A stretch of 63,696 nt of DNA, filler included, from Chiloscyllium plagiosum (Eukaryota): the NCBI RefSeq assembly GCF_004010195.1. It is 4 parts of 2 records of this genome, joined end to end, with 100 filler letters (N's around TTAATTAATTAA, not from the genome) between each part and the next. Parts side by side here need not be neighbours in the genome. Positions count along the whole stretch, not along the records: positions 1 to 27,087 come from NC_057714.1; positions 27,188 to 53,672 come from NC_057714.1; 2 more parts are not named here. One strand, given 5' to 3'. The translations under genes were made by a program, and so were the position numbers. Below are positions 24,969-39,500 of this stretch, piece after piece (within the stretch, counting starts at the first letter, position 1; the number at the start of each line of letters is the position of its first letter). Below the pieces are notes generated by a model, which worked only from the letters and a program-made list of their open reading frames with translations, made no database searches and was not told the origin of the DNA.

Positions 24969-25476
24969 GTTACAGGAAGGACATTATTAACCTGGAGATG
25001 GTTCAAAAAAGATTTACAGAATTTAGTGCATAAAGATTTAGTGCAGGCAAGTGGGACTGGTTTAGTTTGGGATTATGGTCAACATGGGCTGCTTGGACCG
25101 AAGGGTCTGTTTCCGTGCTGTATGATTCTATGACTTTATAAGTGATTTTCAAAAAAATGTTCTTGTGTCCAAAACGAGTATTCAATGACCTGTCTGAAAA
25201 AAACCAAACACCAATCCTATCCACAGAACCTCGAATGAATCATTGTTCACAATCCTTAAAACATGAGTCCTCAAAAAGAAATGAATAATAAAGTGTCTTT
25301 ATAATAATACAATAAACAAAGGGAAACTATTTCTGGTGGCTAAAGGGTCAATCATGAGAGGACATAAGTTTAAAATAATTGGTAAATGAACAGAAGCAAA
25401 GTGAGGATCTTTTCCACAGCTAATAGTTTAGATTTAGAGTGTCCTCCTGATAAAATGCTGGAAACAGATTTTTTCT

Positions 25477-25803
25477 TTAGATTAGAGTCCTTCCAGTATG
25501 GAAACGGGCCCTTCGGCCTAACAAGTCTATACCGACCGTCCGAAGAGTGACACAGCCAGACCCATTCCCCCACCCTATATTTTCCCCTATTAATGTACCT
25601 AACACTATGGGCAATTTTAGCATGGCCAATTCACCTAACCTGCACATCTTTGGATTGTGGGAGGACACCGGAGCACCCAGAGAAACCCGCAGAGACACAG
25701 GGAGAATGTGCAAACTCCACGCAGGCAGTCACCCAGTGCGGGAATTGAACCCAGGTCCCTGGTGCTGTGAGGCAGCAGCACTAACCACTGAGGTGCCATG
25801 CCA
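25477..25803 (-). mobile_element. HE1-type SINE
   Basis: Reverse complement of the HE1 head, V-domain and tail. Confidence 0.9.
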
Positions 25804-26069
25804 ATGGTAATTTTCAAAAAAATATTTGGATAAATGCTTAAAGGAGAAAAAACTGCAGGGACTCAGATAAAGAATGGGGCACATGGGCCTAACTGGATTT
25901 TCTTTGAAAGACATGAATCAATGGGCCAATTGAAACCAGGAACAGAAATAGCTGGAAAAACTCAGCAGGCAACATCTGAGGAGAGAAAGCAGGGTCAATG
26001 TTTCAAGTCTGGCATGACTCTCCATCAGAATGAGCTTGAGGATTTGATAATATGGAACTTGAACGTTGC

Positions 26070-26450
26070 CGAAAAGTTAGACATGTTGCTAAACATTTTC
26101 ATCTTGCACTCATCAAGACAAATGCAAGAATGCCACATTTCAAATGACCACAACAACTTGTTCCACTGGAGAAAGTAGGCAAACTGGCTCTGAAACAGGA
26201 AACAATAGGCTCCCCAAGCTCTGAGGTAATTCAAAAGGACATGAGGCTTGCAATATTTCTTAATATTACCAGAGAATGGGTATGTTTGAATGTGTGTTTT
26301 CTTTCTAACAAAAATGAATGAACCATGTTACGAGCTGGAATTGGCCAATGGTGTAACTATTACCACACTCTGGGTTGTTCGGCAACTGTTGTCCAATCGC
26401 AGAATCATTCATCCGAATGGTAAAACATTGTTGAGCGATATCTTCAGATT
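26070..26450 (-). mobile_element. Old Penelope-like remnant (GIY-YIG C-terminal part plus terminal repeat); related terminal repeat at about 41385-41600
   Basis: The minus strand encodes DSAIGQQLPNNPECGNSYTIGQF, resembling the SAIxxH motif of PLE endonucleases. ACATGTTGCT...TCTTGCACTCATCA..AC...GCAAGA.TGCCACATTTCAAA is shared with 41389-41453. Confidence 0.5.
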
Positions 26451-26647
26451 ACTGTGAGTTTTCACTCAAAGGTAGGATATGAATTAAAGGAGAGGTTTAG
26501 AACTGGCCTCAGAGGAGTTCCAAAGGCAACATGGAACCAGTGGGTGGGAAGATGCGATGTGTGGCCATCCATTTTCGATGGAGAAGGCCAAGGTTGACAG
26601 ATGAATAGTCCCAGTCTCCTTCTCTCCATCCACACTATCAGAGTGAC

Positions 26648-27087
26648 AAGAGTCATAGAGTCATAGAGATGTACAGCACGGAAACAGACCCTTCGGTCCA
26701 ACCCGTCCATGCCGACCAGATATCCCAACCCAATCTGGTCCCACCTGCCAGCACCCGGCCCATATCCCTCCAAACCCTTCCTATTCATATACCCATCCAA
26801 ATGCCTCTTAAATGTTGCAATTGTATCAGCCTCCACCAGCTTATTCCATACACGTAGCACCCTCCGCGTGAAAAAGTTGTCCCTTAGGTCTCTTTTATAT
26901 CTGTCCCCTCTCACCCTAAACCTATGCCCTCTAGTTCTGGACTCCCCCATCCCAGGGCAAAGACTTTGCCTATTTATCCTATCCATGCCCCTCATAATTT
27001 TCAAACCTCTATAAGGTCGCCCCTCAGCCTCTGATGCTCGAGGGAAAACCATTCCAGTCTATTCAGCCTCTCCCTATAGCTCAAATC
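26648..27087 (-). mobile_element. HER1/CR1 3' end
   Basis: Near-identical to 1552-1995, with an (AGAGTCAT)n tail. Confidence 0.92.
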
Positions 27088-27187
27088 NNNNNNNNNNNNN
27101 NNNNNNNNNNNNNNNNNNNNNNNNNNNNNNNTTAATTAATTAANNNNNNNNNNNNNNNNNNNNNNNNNNNNNNNNNNNNNNNNNNNN
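27088..27187. other. Artificial scaffold spacer N44-TTAATTAATTAA-N44
   Basis: The identical 100-nt structure occurs three times, and the 12-mer places stop codons in all six frames. Confidence 0.92.
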
Positions 27188-30100
27188 TCCCCCACAGGTC
27201 ATAGTCACCGGGACCCCCTCCCCATCAACCCCCCTCCCCCACAGATCAGGGTCACCAGGACCCTCATCCCATCATGCCCCCTGCCTGAACCGACGCCCCC
27301 TGCAGCTCAGGGGCACTGGGGAGTCTGTGGAAATCTCTGCCATAGAAAGTGGTTGAGGCCAAAACATTGAATGTTCTCCAGAAGGAATGGGATATTACTC
27401 GTAGGATGGAAGGATTAAAGGGGACAGGGAGAAAGCATCTACAGGGACTGAACTGGGTGATCANNNNNNNNNNNNNNNNNNNNNNNNNNNNNNNNNNNNN
27501 NNNNNNNNNNNNNNNNNNNNNNNNNNNNNNNNNNNNNNNNNNNNNNNNNNNNNNNNNNNNNNNNNNNNNNNNNNNNNNNNNNNNNNNNNNNNNNNNNNNN
27601 NNNNNNNNNNNNNNNNNNNNNNNNNNNNNNNNNNNNNNNNNNNNNNNNNNNNNNNNNNNNNNNNNNNNNNNNNNNNNNNNNNNNNNNNNNNNNNNNNNNN
27701 NNNNNNNNNNNNNNNNNNNNNNNNNNNNNNNNNNNNNNNNNNNNNNNNNNNNNNNNNNNNNNNNNNNNNNNNNNNNNNNNNNNNNNNNNNNNNNNNNNNN
27801 NNNNNNNNNNNNNNNNNNNNNNNNNNNNNNNNNNNNNNNNNNNNNNNNNNNNNNNNNNNNNNNNNNNNNNNNNNNNNNNNNNNNNNNNNNNNNNNNNNNN
27901 NNNNNNNNNNNNNNNNNNNNNNNNNNNNNNNNNNNNNNNNNNNNNNNNNNNNNNNNNNNNNNNCAGCGCTAACCCTCCAACAGTGCGGAACACCATCAGC
28001 ACTGACCCTCCAACAGTGTGTCACTGCCTCGGCACTGACCCTCCAACAGTGTGGCACTCCCTCAGTACCGACTCCAAAACACAGCGGCACTCCTTCAGTA
28101 CTGACCCACCTACAGTGCGGCACTCCCTCAGCACTGACACTCTGAAAGTGCGGCACTCCCTCAGTACTGATCCACCGACAGTGTGGCAGTCCCTCAGCAC
28201 TGACTCTTTGACAATGCGGCACTCCCTCAGTACTGACCCTCTGACAATGAGGCACACCCTTAGCACTGACCCTCCGACAGTGCCACGCACCCTCAGCACT
28301 GACCCCCAAACTGAGTGGCACTCCCTCTATACTGACCCACCGACGTGTGGTACTTCCTCAGCATTGACCCTCCAAAGGTGCTGCACTCCCTCAGTACTGA
28401 CCCCCAAAAAAAGCCGCACTCCCTTTTTCCTGACCCTCCGACAGTGCGGCACTCCCTCAGCACTGAGCCTCCGAATGTACAGTACTCCCTCAGTACTGAC
28501 CCTCCGACAGTGCGGCACTCCCTCAGCACTGACACTCTGACAGTGCGGCACACCCTCAGTACTGACCCTCTGATAATGTGGCACACCTTAGCACTGACCC
28601 TCCAACAGTGCAGCACTCCCTCAGCACTCACCCATTGACAGTGTGGCATTCCCTCAGTGCTAACCCTCCATCAGTGCGGAATACCCTCAGCACTGACCCT
28701 CCAACAGTGTGGCACTCCCTCGATATTGACCCTCCGACAGTGCGGCACTCCCTCGATATTGACCCTCCGACAGTGCGGCACTCCCTCAGCACTAACCCCC
28801 AAACGGAGCGTCACTCCCTCTATACTGACCCTCCGACAGTGCGGCACTCCCTCAGCACTGACCCTCCAAAGGTGCGGCACTCCCTCAGTACCGACCCCAA
28901 CACAGAGCAGCACTCCCTCAGTACTGACCCACCTTCAGTGCGGCACTCCCTCAGCACTGACACTCTGAATCTGCGGCACTCACTCAGGACTGACCCTCTG
29001 ACAATGTGGCACACCCTTAGCACTAACCCTCCAACAGTGCGGCACTCCCTCAGCACTGACTCTCCGACAGTGCGGCACTCCCTCAGCACTAACCCTTTGA
29101 CAGTGCGGCACACCCTCACTACTGACCCTCTGACAATGTGGCACACCCTTAGCACTGACCCTCCGACAGTATAGCACTCCCTCAGCACTGACCCAAACAG
29201 AACAGCACTCCTCTATACTGACCCACTGACAGTGTGACACTTCCTCAGCACTGACCCTCCGACAGTGCGGCACTCCCTCAGTACTGACCCCCAAAAAGAG
29301 CCGCACTCCCTCTATACTGACCCTCCAACAGTGCAGCACACCCTTAGCACTGACCCTCCGTTAGTGCAGCACTCCCTCAGCACTCACCCACTGACAGAGT
29401 GGCACACCCTCAGCGCTAACCGTCCAACAGTGCGGAACACCCTCAGCACTGACCCTCCAACAGTGCGGCACTCCCTCGATATTGACCCGCCAAAAGTGCG
29501 GCACTCCCTCAGTACTGACCCCCAAAAAGAGCCGCACTCCCTCTATACTGACCCTCCGACAGTGCAGCACACACTTTGCACTGACCCTCCAACAGTGCGG
29601 CACTCCCTCGATATTGACCCGCCAAAAGTGCGGCACTCCCTCAGTACTGACCCCGAAACAGAGCGCCACTCCCTCTATACTGACCCTCCGACAGTGCAGC
29701 ACTCCCTCAGTACTGGCCCACCTACAGTGCGGCACTCCCACAGTACTGCCCCTCTGACAATGTGGAACACCCTTAGCACTAACCCTCCAACAGTGCAGCA
29801 CTCCCTCAGTACTGACCCCCAAACAGAGCGGCACTCCCTCTATACTGACCACCGACAGTGTGGCACTTCCTCAGCACTGACCCTCCTAAAGTGCGGCACT
29901 CCCTCAGTACTGACCCCCAAAAAGAGCCGCACTCCCTCTATACTGACCCTCCGACAGTGCAGCACACACTTTGCACTGACCCTCCGACAGTGCGGCACTC
30001 CCTCAGTACTGACCAACCGACAGTGCAGCACTCCCTCAGCACTGACACTCTGAATGTACGGCACTCCCTCAGCACTGACCCTCTGACAATGTGGCACACC

Positions 30101-32846
30101 CTTAGCACTGACCCTCCAGCAGTGCGGCACTCCCTCAGTACTGACCCTCCGACAGTGCGGCACTCCCTCAGTACCGACCTACCAATAGTGTGGCACTCCC
30201 TCAGTACTGACCTACCAGCAGTGTGTGGCACTCCCTCAGCACTGACCCTCTGAAAATGTGGCATACCCTTAATACTGACCCTCCGAAGAGTGCAGCACTC
30301 CCTAGCACTGACTCTCCACCAGTGCGGCATTCCCTCAGTACTGACCCAGCAACAGTGCGTCACTGCCTGCGCACTGACCCTTCACAGTGCAGCATTCCCT
30401 CAGTACTGACCCTCTGATAGTGCGGCACTCCCTCAGCACTGACCCTCCGATAGTGCGGCACTCTCTCAGCACTGACTCTCCACCAGTGCGGCACTCTCAC
30501 AGAACTGACCCTCCGATAGTGCGGCACTCCCTCAGTACTGACTCTGCAACAGTGTGTCACTTCTTCGGCACTGACCCTCCAACAGTGCAGCATTCCCTCA
30601 GTACTGACCCTCCGATAATGCGGCACCTCCTCAGCACTGACCATACGACAGTGTGGCACAACATCTGCACTGACCATACGACAGTGCGGCACTCACTCAG
30701 CATTGACCCTCTGACAATGTGGCACACCCTTAGCACTAACCCTCCAACAGTGCGGCACTCCCTCAGTACTGACCCTCCGATAGTGCGGCACTCCCTCAGT
30801 ACTGACCCTGCAACAGTGTGTCACTGCTTTGGCACTGACCCTCCAACAGTGCAGTATTCCCTCAGTACTGACCTTCCGATAGTGCGGCACTCCCTCAGCA
30901 CTGTCCCTCTGTTAGTGCGGCACTCTCACAGCACTGACCCTCCGACAGTGCGGCACACTCTCAGCACTGACCATACGACAGTGTGGTACTCCCTCAGCAC
31001 TGACCCTCCAACAGTGCGGCACTCCCTCAGCACTCACCCACTGACAGGATGGCACTCCCTCAGCACTGACCCTCCAACAGTGTGGCACTCCCTCAGCACA
31101 CACCTACTGACAGTGTGGCACTCCCTCAGCACCGATGCTCCAATAGTGCGGCACTCCCTCAGTACTGACCCAGCAACAGTGTGTCACTGCCTCGGCACTG
31201 ACCCTCCAACAGTGCAGCATTCCCTAAGTACTGACCCTCCGACAGTGCGGCATTCCCTCAGCACTGACCCTCTGAAAGTGCGGCACTCCCTCAGCACTGA
31301 CCCTCCGACAGTGCAGCATCCCTTCAGCAGTCACCCATTGACAGTGTGGTATCCCTCAGCGCTAACCCTCCATCAGTGCGGAACACCCTCAGCACTGACC
31401 ATCCAACAGTGTGGCACTCCCGCGATATTGACCCTCCGACAGTGCGGCACTCTCTCAGCACTGGCCCCCAAACGGAGCGCCACTCACTCTATACTGACCC
31501 TCCGACAGTGTGGCACTCCCTCAGCACTGACCCTCCAAAGGTGCGGCACTCCCTCAGTACAGACCCCAAAACAGAGCAGCACTCCCTCAGTACTGATCCA
31601 CCTACAGTGTGGCACTTCCTCAGCACTGATCCCCAAAAAGAGCCGCACTCCCTCTATACTGACCCTCCGACAGTGCAGCACACCCTTAGCACTGACCCTC
31701 CAATAGTGCGGCACTCCCGCTGTACTGACCCGCAGACAATGTGGCACACCTTTAGCACTGACCCTCCGACAGTGTGGCACTCCCTCAGCTCTGACCCACC
31801 TACAGTGCGGCACTCCCTCAGTACTGACGCACATACAGTGCGGCACTCCCTCAGTACTGACCCACCTACAGTGCGGCACTCCCTCAGCACTGACACTCTG
31901 ACAGTGCGGCACTCCCTCAGTACTGACCCTCTGACAATGTGGCACACCCTTAGCACTAACCCTCCAACAGTGCGGCACTCCCTCAGTACTGACCCTCTGA
32001 CAGTGCGGCACTACCTCAGTACTGACCTACCGACAGTGTGGCCCTCCCTCAGCAGTGACCCTTTGACAGTGCGGCACTCCCTCAATACTGACCCTCTGAC
32101 AATGTGGCACACCCTTAGCACTGACCCTCCGACAGTGCCACACTCCCTCAGTACTGACCCTCTGACAACGTGGCACACCCTTAGCACTGACCCTCCGACA
32201 GTACAGCACTCCCTCAGCACGGACCCCCAAACAGAGCGGCACGCCCTCTATACTGACCCACCGACTGTGTGGCAATTCCTCAGCACTAACCCTCCAACAG
32301 TGCGGCACTCCCTAAGTACTGACCCTCCAACAGTGCGGTACTCCCTCAGTACTGACCTACCAACAGTGTGGCACTCCCTCAGCACTGACCCTCTGACAAT
32401 GTGGCATACCCTTAATACTGACCTTCCGAAGAGTGCAGCACTCCCTAGCACTGACTCTCCACCTGTGCGGCATTCTCTCAGTACTGACCCTCTGATAGTG
32501 CGGCACTCCCTCAGCACTGACCCTCCGATAGTGCGGCACTCTCTCAGCACTGACTCTCCACCAGTGCGGCACTCTCACAGAACTGATCCTCCGATAGTGC
32601 GGCACTCCCTCAGTACTGACCCTCCGATAGTGCGGCACTCCCTCAGCACTGTCCCTCTGTTAGTGCGGCACTCTCTCAGCACTGACCCTCCGATAATGCG
32701 GCACTCTCACAGCACTGACCCTCCAACAGTGTGGCACACTCTCAGCACTGACCCTCCAACAGTGCGGCACTCCCTCAGCACTCACCCACTGACAGGATGG
32801 CACTCCCTCAGCACTGACCCTCCAACAGTGTGGCACTCCCTCAGCA

Positions 32847-33543
32847 CTCCCTCAGCATTCCGTAAAGACCACTCCCTCCGTGACTCCCTCGTCAGATCCA
32901 CACCCCCCACCAACCCAACCTCCACTCCCGGCACCTTCCCCTGCAACCGCAGGAGGTGCAAGACTTCCGCCCACTCCTCCCTCCTCACCTCCCTCCAAGG
33001 CTCCAAAGGAAACTTCCATATCCGCCACAGATTCACCTGTACCTCCACACATATCATCTATTGTATCCTTTGCACCCGATGTGGCCTCCTCTATATTGGG
33101 GAGACAGGCCGCCTACTTGTGGAGCGTTTCAGAGAACACCTCTGGGACACCCGGACCAACCAACCCAACCACCCTGTAGCTCAACATTTCAATTCCCCCT
33201 CCCACTCCACCAAGAATATTCAGGTCTTTGGACTCCTCCATCGTCAGACCACAGCGAAACGACGGTTGGAGGAAGAACGCCTCATCTTCCGGCGGCCCTT
33301 CTTCAGGAATGAGGAAAGTGGGGCCCTTCTTCAGGAATGAGGAAAGTGGGGCCCTTCTTCAGGAATGAGGAAAGTGGGGCCCTTCTTCTTTATCTCAGCC
33401 TGCTGGACCAACTTTCCTCATTCCTGAAGAAGGGCTAATGCCCGAAACGTCGATTCTCCTGTTCCCTAGATGCTGCCTGACCTGCTGCGCTTTTCCAGCA
33501 ACACATTTCCATCTCTGATCTCCAGCATCTGCAGACCTCACTT
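32847..33543 (+). mobile_element. 5'-truncated Penelope-like element (GIY-YIG endonuclease fragment plus family-B pLTR) inserted in the satellite
   Basis: Encodes GTFPCNRRRCKT...FTCTSTHIIYCILCTRCGLLYIGETGRLLVERFREHL...PVAQHFNS...EERLIFR. ACTCCCTCAGCA is duplicated at 32835-32846 and 33544-33555. Confidence 0.92.
33420..33455 (+). ncRNA. Minimal type-I hammerhead ribozyme motif, apparently intact
   Basis: TTC-CTGAAGA (33424-33430), AGGGC-TAAT-GCCC, GAAA (33444-33447), CGTC-GAT. Palindromic ACGT helix III and a GUC triplet. Confidence 0.7.
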
Positions 33544-36500
33544 ACTCCCTCAGCACACACCTGCTGACAGTGTGGCACTCCCTCAGTACTGATGCTCCAA
33601 CAGTGCGGCACTCCCTCAGCACTCACCCACTGACAGTGCAGCACTCCTTCAGTACTGACCCTCCGATAGTGCGGCACTCCCTCAGTACTGACCCAGCTAC
33701 AGTGTGTCACTGCCTCGGCACTGACCCTCCAACAGTGCAGCATTCCCTAAGTACTGATCCACCGACAGTGCGGCACTCCCTCAGTACTTATCCACCGACA
33801 GTGTGGCACTTCCTCAGCACTGATCCCCAAAAAGAGCCGCATTCCCTCTATACTGACCCTCCGACAGTGCAGCACACCCTTAGCACTGACCCTCCAATAG
33901 TGCGGCACTCCCGAAGTACTGACCCGCTGACAATGTGGCACACCTTTAGCACTGACCCTCCGACAGTGTGGCACTCCCTCAGCACTGACCCACCTACAGT
34001 GCGGCACTCCCTCAGCACTCACCCACTGACAGTGTGGCACTCCCTCAGCGCTAACCCTCCAACAGAGTGGCACTCCCTCAGCGCTAACCCTCCAACAGTG
34101 CGGAACACCATCAGCACTGACCCTGCAACAGTGAGTCACTGCCTCGGCACTGACCCTCCAACAGTGCAGCATTCCCTCAGTACTGACCCTCCGATAGTGC
34201 GGCACTCTCTCAGCACTATCACTCTGATAGTGCGGCATTCCCTCAGCACTGACCCTCCGATAATGCAGCATTCTCACAGCACTGACCCTCCGACAGTGTG
34301 GCACTCCCTCAGCACTGACCATACGACAGTGTGGCACTCCCTCAGTACCGACCCCAAAACAGAGCGGCACTCCCTCGGTACTGACCCACCTACAGTACGG
34401 CACTCACTCAGCACTGACACTCTGAAAGTGCGCCACTCCCTCAGGACTGATCCACCGACAGTGTGGCACTCCCTCAGCACTGACCCTTTGACAGTGCGGC
34501 ACTCCCTCAGTACTGACCCTCTGACAATGAGGCACACCCTTAGCACTGACCTTCCGACAGTGCAGCGCTCCCTCAGCACTGACCCCCAAACAGAGCGGCA
34601 CTCCCTCTATACTGACCCACCGACAGTGTGGTACTTCCGCAGCACTGACCCTCCAAAAGTGCAGCACTCCCTTAATACTGACCCCCCAAAAAAGCCGCAC
34701 TCCTCTATCCTGACCCTCCGACAGTGCGGCACTCCCTCAGTACTGACCCACCTACAGTGCGGCACTCCGTCAGTACTGACCCACCTACAATGCGGCACTC
34801 CCTCAGCACTGATACTCTGACAGTGCGGCACTCCCTCAGCACTCACCCACTGACAGTGCAGCACTCCTTCAGTACTGACCCTCCGATAGTGCGGCACTCC
34901 GTCAGCACTGACCCTCCGTTGTGCGGCACTCTCACAGCACTGACTCCCTCAGTACTGACCCTCTGACAATGTGGCACTCCCTTAACACTGATGCTCCGAC
35001 AATGCGGCATTCCCTCAGCACTGACCCTCTGAAAGTGCTGCACTCCCTCAGCACTGACCCTCCAACAGTGCAGCACCCCTTCCGCACTCACCCATTGACA
35101 TTGTGGCATCCTTCAGCGCTAACCCTCCATCAGTGCGGAACACCCTCAGCACTGACCATCCAACACTGCGGCACTCCCTCAGCACTCACCCTCTAAAAGT
35201 GCGGCACTCCCTCAACACTGACCCTGAGACAGTGTGGCACTCCCTCGATATTGACCCTCCGACAGTGCAGCACTCTCTCAGCACTGACCCCCAAACAGAG
35301 CGCCACTCACTCTATACTGACCCTCCGACAGTGTGGCACTCCCTCAGCGCTGACCCTCCAAAGGTGCGGCACTCCCTCAGTACCGACCCCAAAACAGAGC
35401 AGCACTCCCTCAGTACTGACCCACTGACAGTGTGGCACTTCCTCAGCACTGATCCACCGACAGTGCAGCATTCCCTCAGTACTGACCCTCCGATAGTGCG
35501 GCACTCCCTCAGTACTGACCCTCCGATAGTGCGGCACTCCCTCAGCACTGTCCCTCAGATAGTGTGGCACACCCTCAGCACTGACCATACGACAGTGTGG
35601 CACTCCCTCAGTACCGACCCCAAAACAGAGCGGCACTCCCTCAGTACTGACCCGCTGACAAATGTGGCACATCTTTAGTACTGACCATACGACAGTGTGG
35701 CACTCCCTCAGTACTGACCCTCCAACAGTGCAGCACTCCCTCAGCACTCACCCACTGACAGTGTGGCACTCCCTCAGCGCTAACCCTCCAACCGTGCGGA
35801 ACACCCTCAGCACTGGCCCTGCAACAGTGTGTCACTGCCTCGGCACTGACCCTCCAACAGTGCAGCATTCCCTCCGTACTGACCCTCCGATAGTGCGGCA
35901 CTCCCTCAGCGCTGTCCCTCTGATAGTGCGGCACTCCCTCAGCACTGACCCTCCGATAATGCGGCACTCCCTCAGCACTGACCCTCCGACAGTGTGGCAC
36001 AACATCTGCACTGACCTCACGACAGTGCGGCATTCCCTCAGCACTGACCCTCCAACAGTGTGGCACTCCCTCAGCACTCACCCACTGACAGTGCGGCACT
36101 CCCTCAGCACTGACCCTCCAACAGTGTGGCACTTCCTCAGCACTCACCCACTGACAGTGCAGCACTCCTTCAGTACTGACCCTCCGAACGGTGCAGCACT
36201 CTCTCTGCACTGACTCTTCACCAGTGCGGCACTCTCACAGAACTCACTCCCTCAGCACTGACCCTGCGACAGTGTGGCACTCCCTCGATATTGACCCTCC
36301 GACAGTGCGGCACTCTCTCAGCACTGACCCCCAAACGGAGCGCCACTCACTCTATACTGACCCTCCGACAGAGTGGCACTCCATCAGCACTGACCCTCCA
36401 AAGGTGCGGCACTCCCTCAGTACCAACTCCAAAACACAGCGGCACTCCTTCAGTACTGACCCACCTACAGTGTGGCACTCCCTCAGCACTGACACTCTGA

Positions 36501-39500
36501 AAGTGCGGCACTCCCTCAGTACTGATCCACCGACAGTGTGGCAGTCCCTCAGCACTGACTCTTTGACAGTGCGCACTCCCTCAGTACTGACCCTCTGACA
36601 ATGTGGCACACCCTTAGCACTGACCCTCCAACAGTGCGTCACTCCCTCAGTACTGGCCCTCTGACAGTGTGGCACTCTCTCAGCACTGACCATACGACAG
36701 TGTGGCATTCCCTTAGTACTGACCCACCTACAGTGCGGCACTTTCTCAGCACTGACTCTCCAACAGTGTGGCACTCCCTCAGTACTGATCCACCGAGAGT
36801 GTGGCACTCCCTCAGCACTGACCATACGACAGTGTGGCACTCCCTCAGCACTGACCCTCCAATAGTGCGGCACTCCCTCAGCACTCACCCACTGACAGTG
36901 TAGCACTCCCTCAGCACTGACCCTCCAACAGTGTGGCACTCCCTCAGTACTGATCCACTGACAATGTGGCACACCCTTAACACTGACGCTCCAACAGTGC
37001 GGCACTCCCTCAGCACTCACCCTCTGAAAGTGCGGCACTCCCTCAGTATTGACCCTGTGACAGTGCAGCACTCCCTCAGCACTCACCCATTGACAGTGTG
37101 GCACTCCCTCAGCGCTAACCCTCCATCAGTGCGGAACACCCTCAGCACTGACCCTCCAACAGTGTGGCACTCCTTCTATACTGACCCTCCGACAGTGCAG
37201 CACTCCCTCAGTACTGACCCTCCGAATGTGCAGCACTCCCTCAGTACTGACCGTCCGATAGTGTGGCACTCCCTCAGCACTGACCCTTTGACAGTTCGGC
37301 ATCCCTCAGTACTGACTCTCTGACAAAGTGGCACACCCTTAGCACTAACCCTCCAACAGTGCGGTGCTCCCTCTACTGACCTACCGACAGTGTAGCACTC
37401 CCTCAGCACTGACCCATTGACAGTGCGGCACTCCCTCAGTACTGACCCTCTGACAATGTGGCACACCCTTAGCACTGACCATCCGACAGTGCTGCACTCC
37501 CTCAGCACTGAGCCTCCGAATGTGCGGCACTCCCTTAGTACTGACCCACCTACAGTGCGGCACGTTCTCAGCACTGACCCCCAAACAGAGCAGCACTCCC
37601 TCTATACTGACCCTTCGACTGTGTGGCACTCCCTCAGCACTGACCCTCCAACAGTGCATCATTCCCTCAGTACTGACCCTCCGATAGTGCGGCACTCCCT
37701 TAGCACTGACCCTGCCACAGTGCATCACTGCTTCGCCACTGACTCTCCAACAGTGCAGCATTTCCTCAGCACTAACCCTCCGATAGTGCGGCACTCCCTT
37801 AGCACTGACTGTCCGACAGTGCAGCACTCTCTCTGCACTGACTCTCCACCAGTGCGGCATTAACTCAGTACTGACCCTCCGACAGTGTGGCACTCCCTCA
37901 GTACTGACCCTTGACAGTTCGGCATCCCTCAGTACTGACTCTCTGACAATGTGGCACACCCTTAGCACTAACCCTCCAACAGTGCGGCACTCCCTCAGTA
38001 CTGACCCTCTGACAGTGCGGGCACTACCTCAGTACTGACCTACCGACAGTGTGGCACTCCCTCAGCACTGACCCTTTGACAGTGCGGCACTCCCTCAGTA
38101 CTGACCCTCTGACAATGTGGCACACCCTTAGCAGTGACCCTCCGACAGTGCTGCACTCCCTCAGCACTGAGCCTCCGACAGTGCGGCACTCCCTCAGTAC
38201 TGACCCACCTACAGTGCGGCACGTTCTCAGCACTGACCCCCAAACAGAGCAGCACTCCCTCTATACTGACCCTCCGACTGTGTGGCACTCCCTCAGCACT
38301 GACCCTCCAACAGTGCAGCATTCCCTCAGTACTGACCCTCCGATAGTGCGGCACTCCCTTAGCACTGACCCTGCCACAGTGTGTCACTGCCTCGGCACTG
38401 ACTCTCCAACAGTGCAGCATTTCCTCAGCACTGACCCTCCGATAGTGCGGCACTCCCTTAGCACTGACCCTCCGATAGTGCGGCACTCCCTTAGCACTGA
38501 CTGTCCGACAGTGCAGCACTCTCTCTGCACTGACTCTCCACCAGTGCGGCATTACCTCAGTACTGACCCTCCAACAGTGCGTCACTGCCTCGGGACTGAC
38601 CCTCCAGCAGTGCAGCATTCCCTCAGTACTGACCCTCCGATAGTGCAGCACTCTCACAGCACAGCCCCTCCGATAGTGCGGCACACACTCAGCACTGACC
38701 CTCTGACCGTGTGGCACTCCGTCTGCACCGACCCTCTGACAGTCCAGCACTCCCTCAGTACTGACCCTCCAAATGTGTGGCACTCCCTCAGCAGTCACCC
38801 TCCGACAGTGTGGCACTCCCTCAGTACTGACCCTCCAAATGTGTGGCACTCCCTCAGCAGTCACCCTCCAACAGTGTGGCACTCCCTCAGCGCTAACCCT
38901 CCATCAGTGCGGAACACCCTCAGCACTGACCCTCCAACAGTGTGGCAGTCCCTCGATATTGCCCCTCCGACAGTGCGGCACTCCCTCAGCACTGACACCC
39001 AAACGGAGCGCCACTCCCTCTATACTGACCCTCCGACAGTGTGGCACTCCCTCAGCACTGACCCTTTGACAGTTCGGCATCCCTCAGTACTGACCTACCG
39101 ACAGTGTGGCACTCCCTCAGTACTGACCCTCTGACAGTGCAGCACTACCTCAGTACTGACCTACCGACAGTGTGGCACTCCCTCAGTACTGACCCTCTGA
39201 CAGTGCAGCACTACCTCAGTACTGACCTACCGACAGTGTGGCCCTCCCTCAGCAGTGACCCTTTGACAGTGCGGCACTCCCTCAGTACTGACCCTCTGAC
39301 AATGTGTCACACCATTAGCACTGACCCTCCAACAGTGCGGCACTCCCTCTATACTGACCCACCGACAGTGTGGCACTTCCTCAGCAGTGACCCTCCTGAG
39401 GTGCAGCACTCGCTCAGTACTGATCCCCGAAAAGAGCCACTCTCCCTCTATACTGACCCTCTGACAGTGCAGCACTCCCTCAGTACTGACCCGCTGACAG

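Larger units (their letters stand above)
22545..25135 (+). mobile_element. CR1 LINE ORF2/3' relic interrupted by two Penelope insertions
   Basis: Fragments DLNFSKAFGKVLH, GVQQGMVL, KFVDD and WQMEFNLDKCEVLHF, with tail TATGATTCTATGAC at about 25130. Confidence 0.85.

Noticed and set aside
27132..27143. TTAATTAATTAA as a biological motif (homeodomain site or piggyBac TTAA)
   Set aside because: It is always centred in exactly 44+44 Ns, so it is an assembly linker.
31346..33340. Novel repeat-protein/GIY-YIG nuclease fusion gene
   Set aside because: This is a chance in-frame insertion of a truncated Penelope element into the satellite. A TSD is visible, the start codon is not ATG, and the C-terminus is disrupted.
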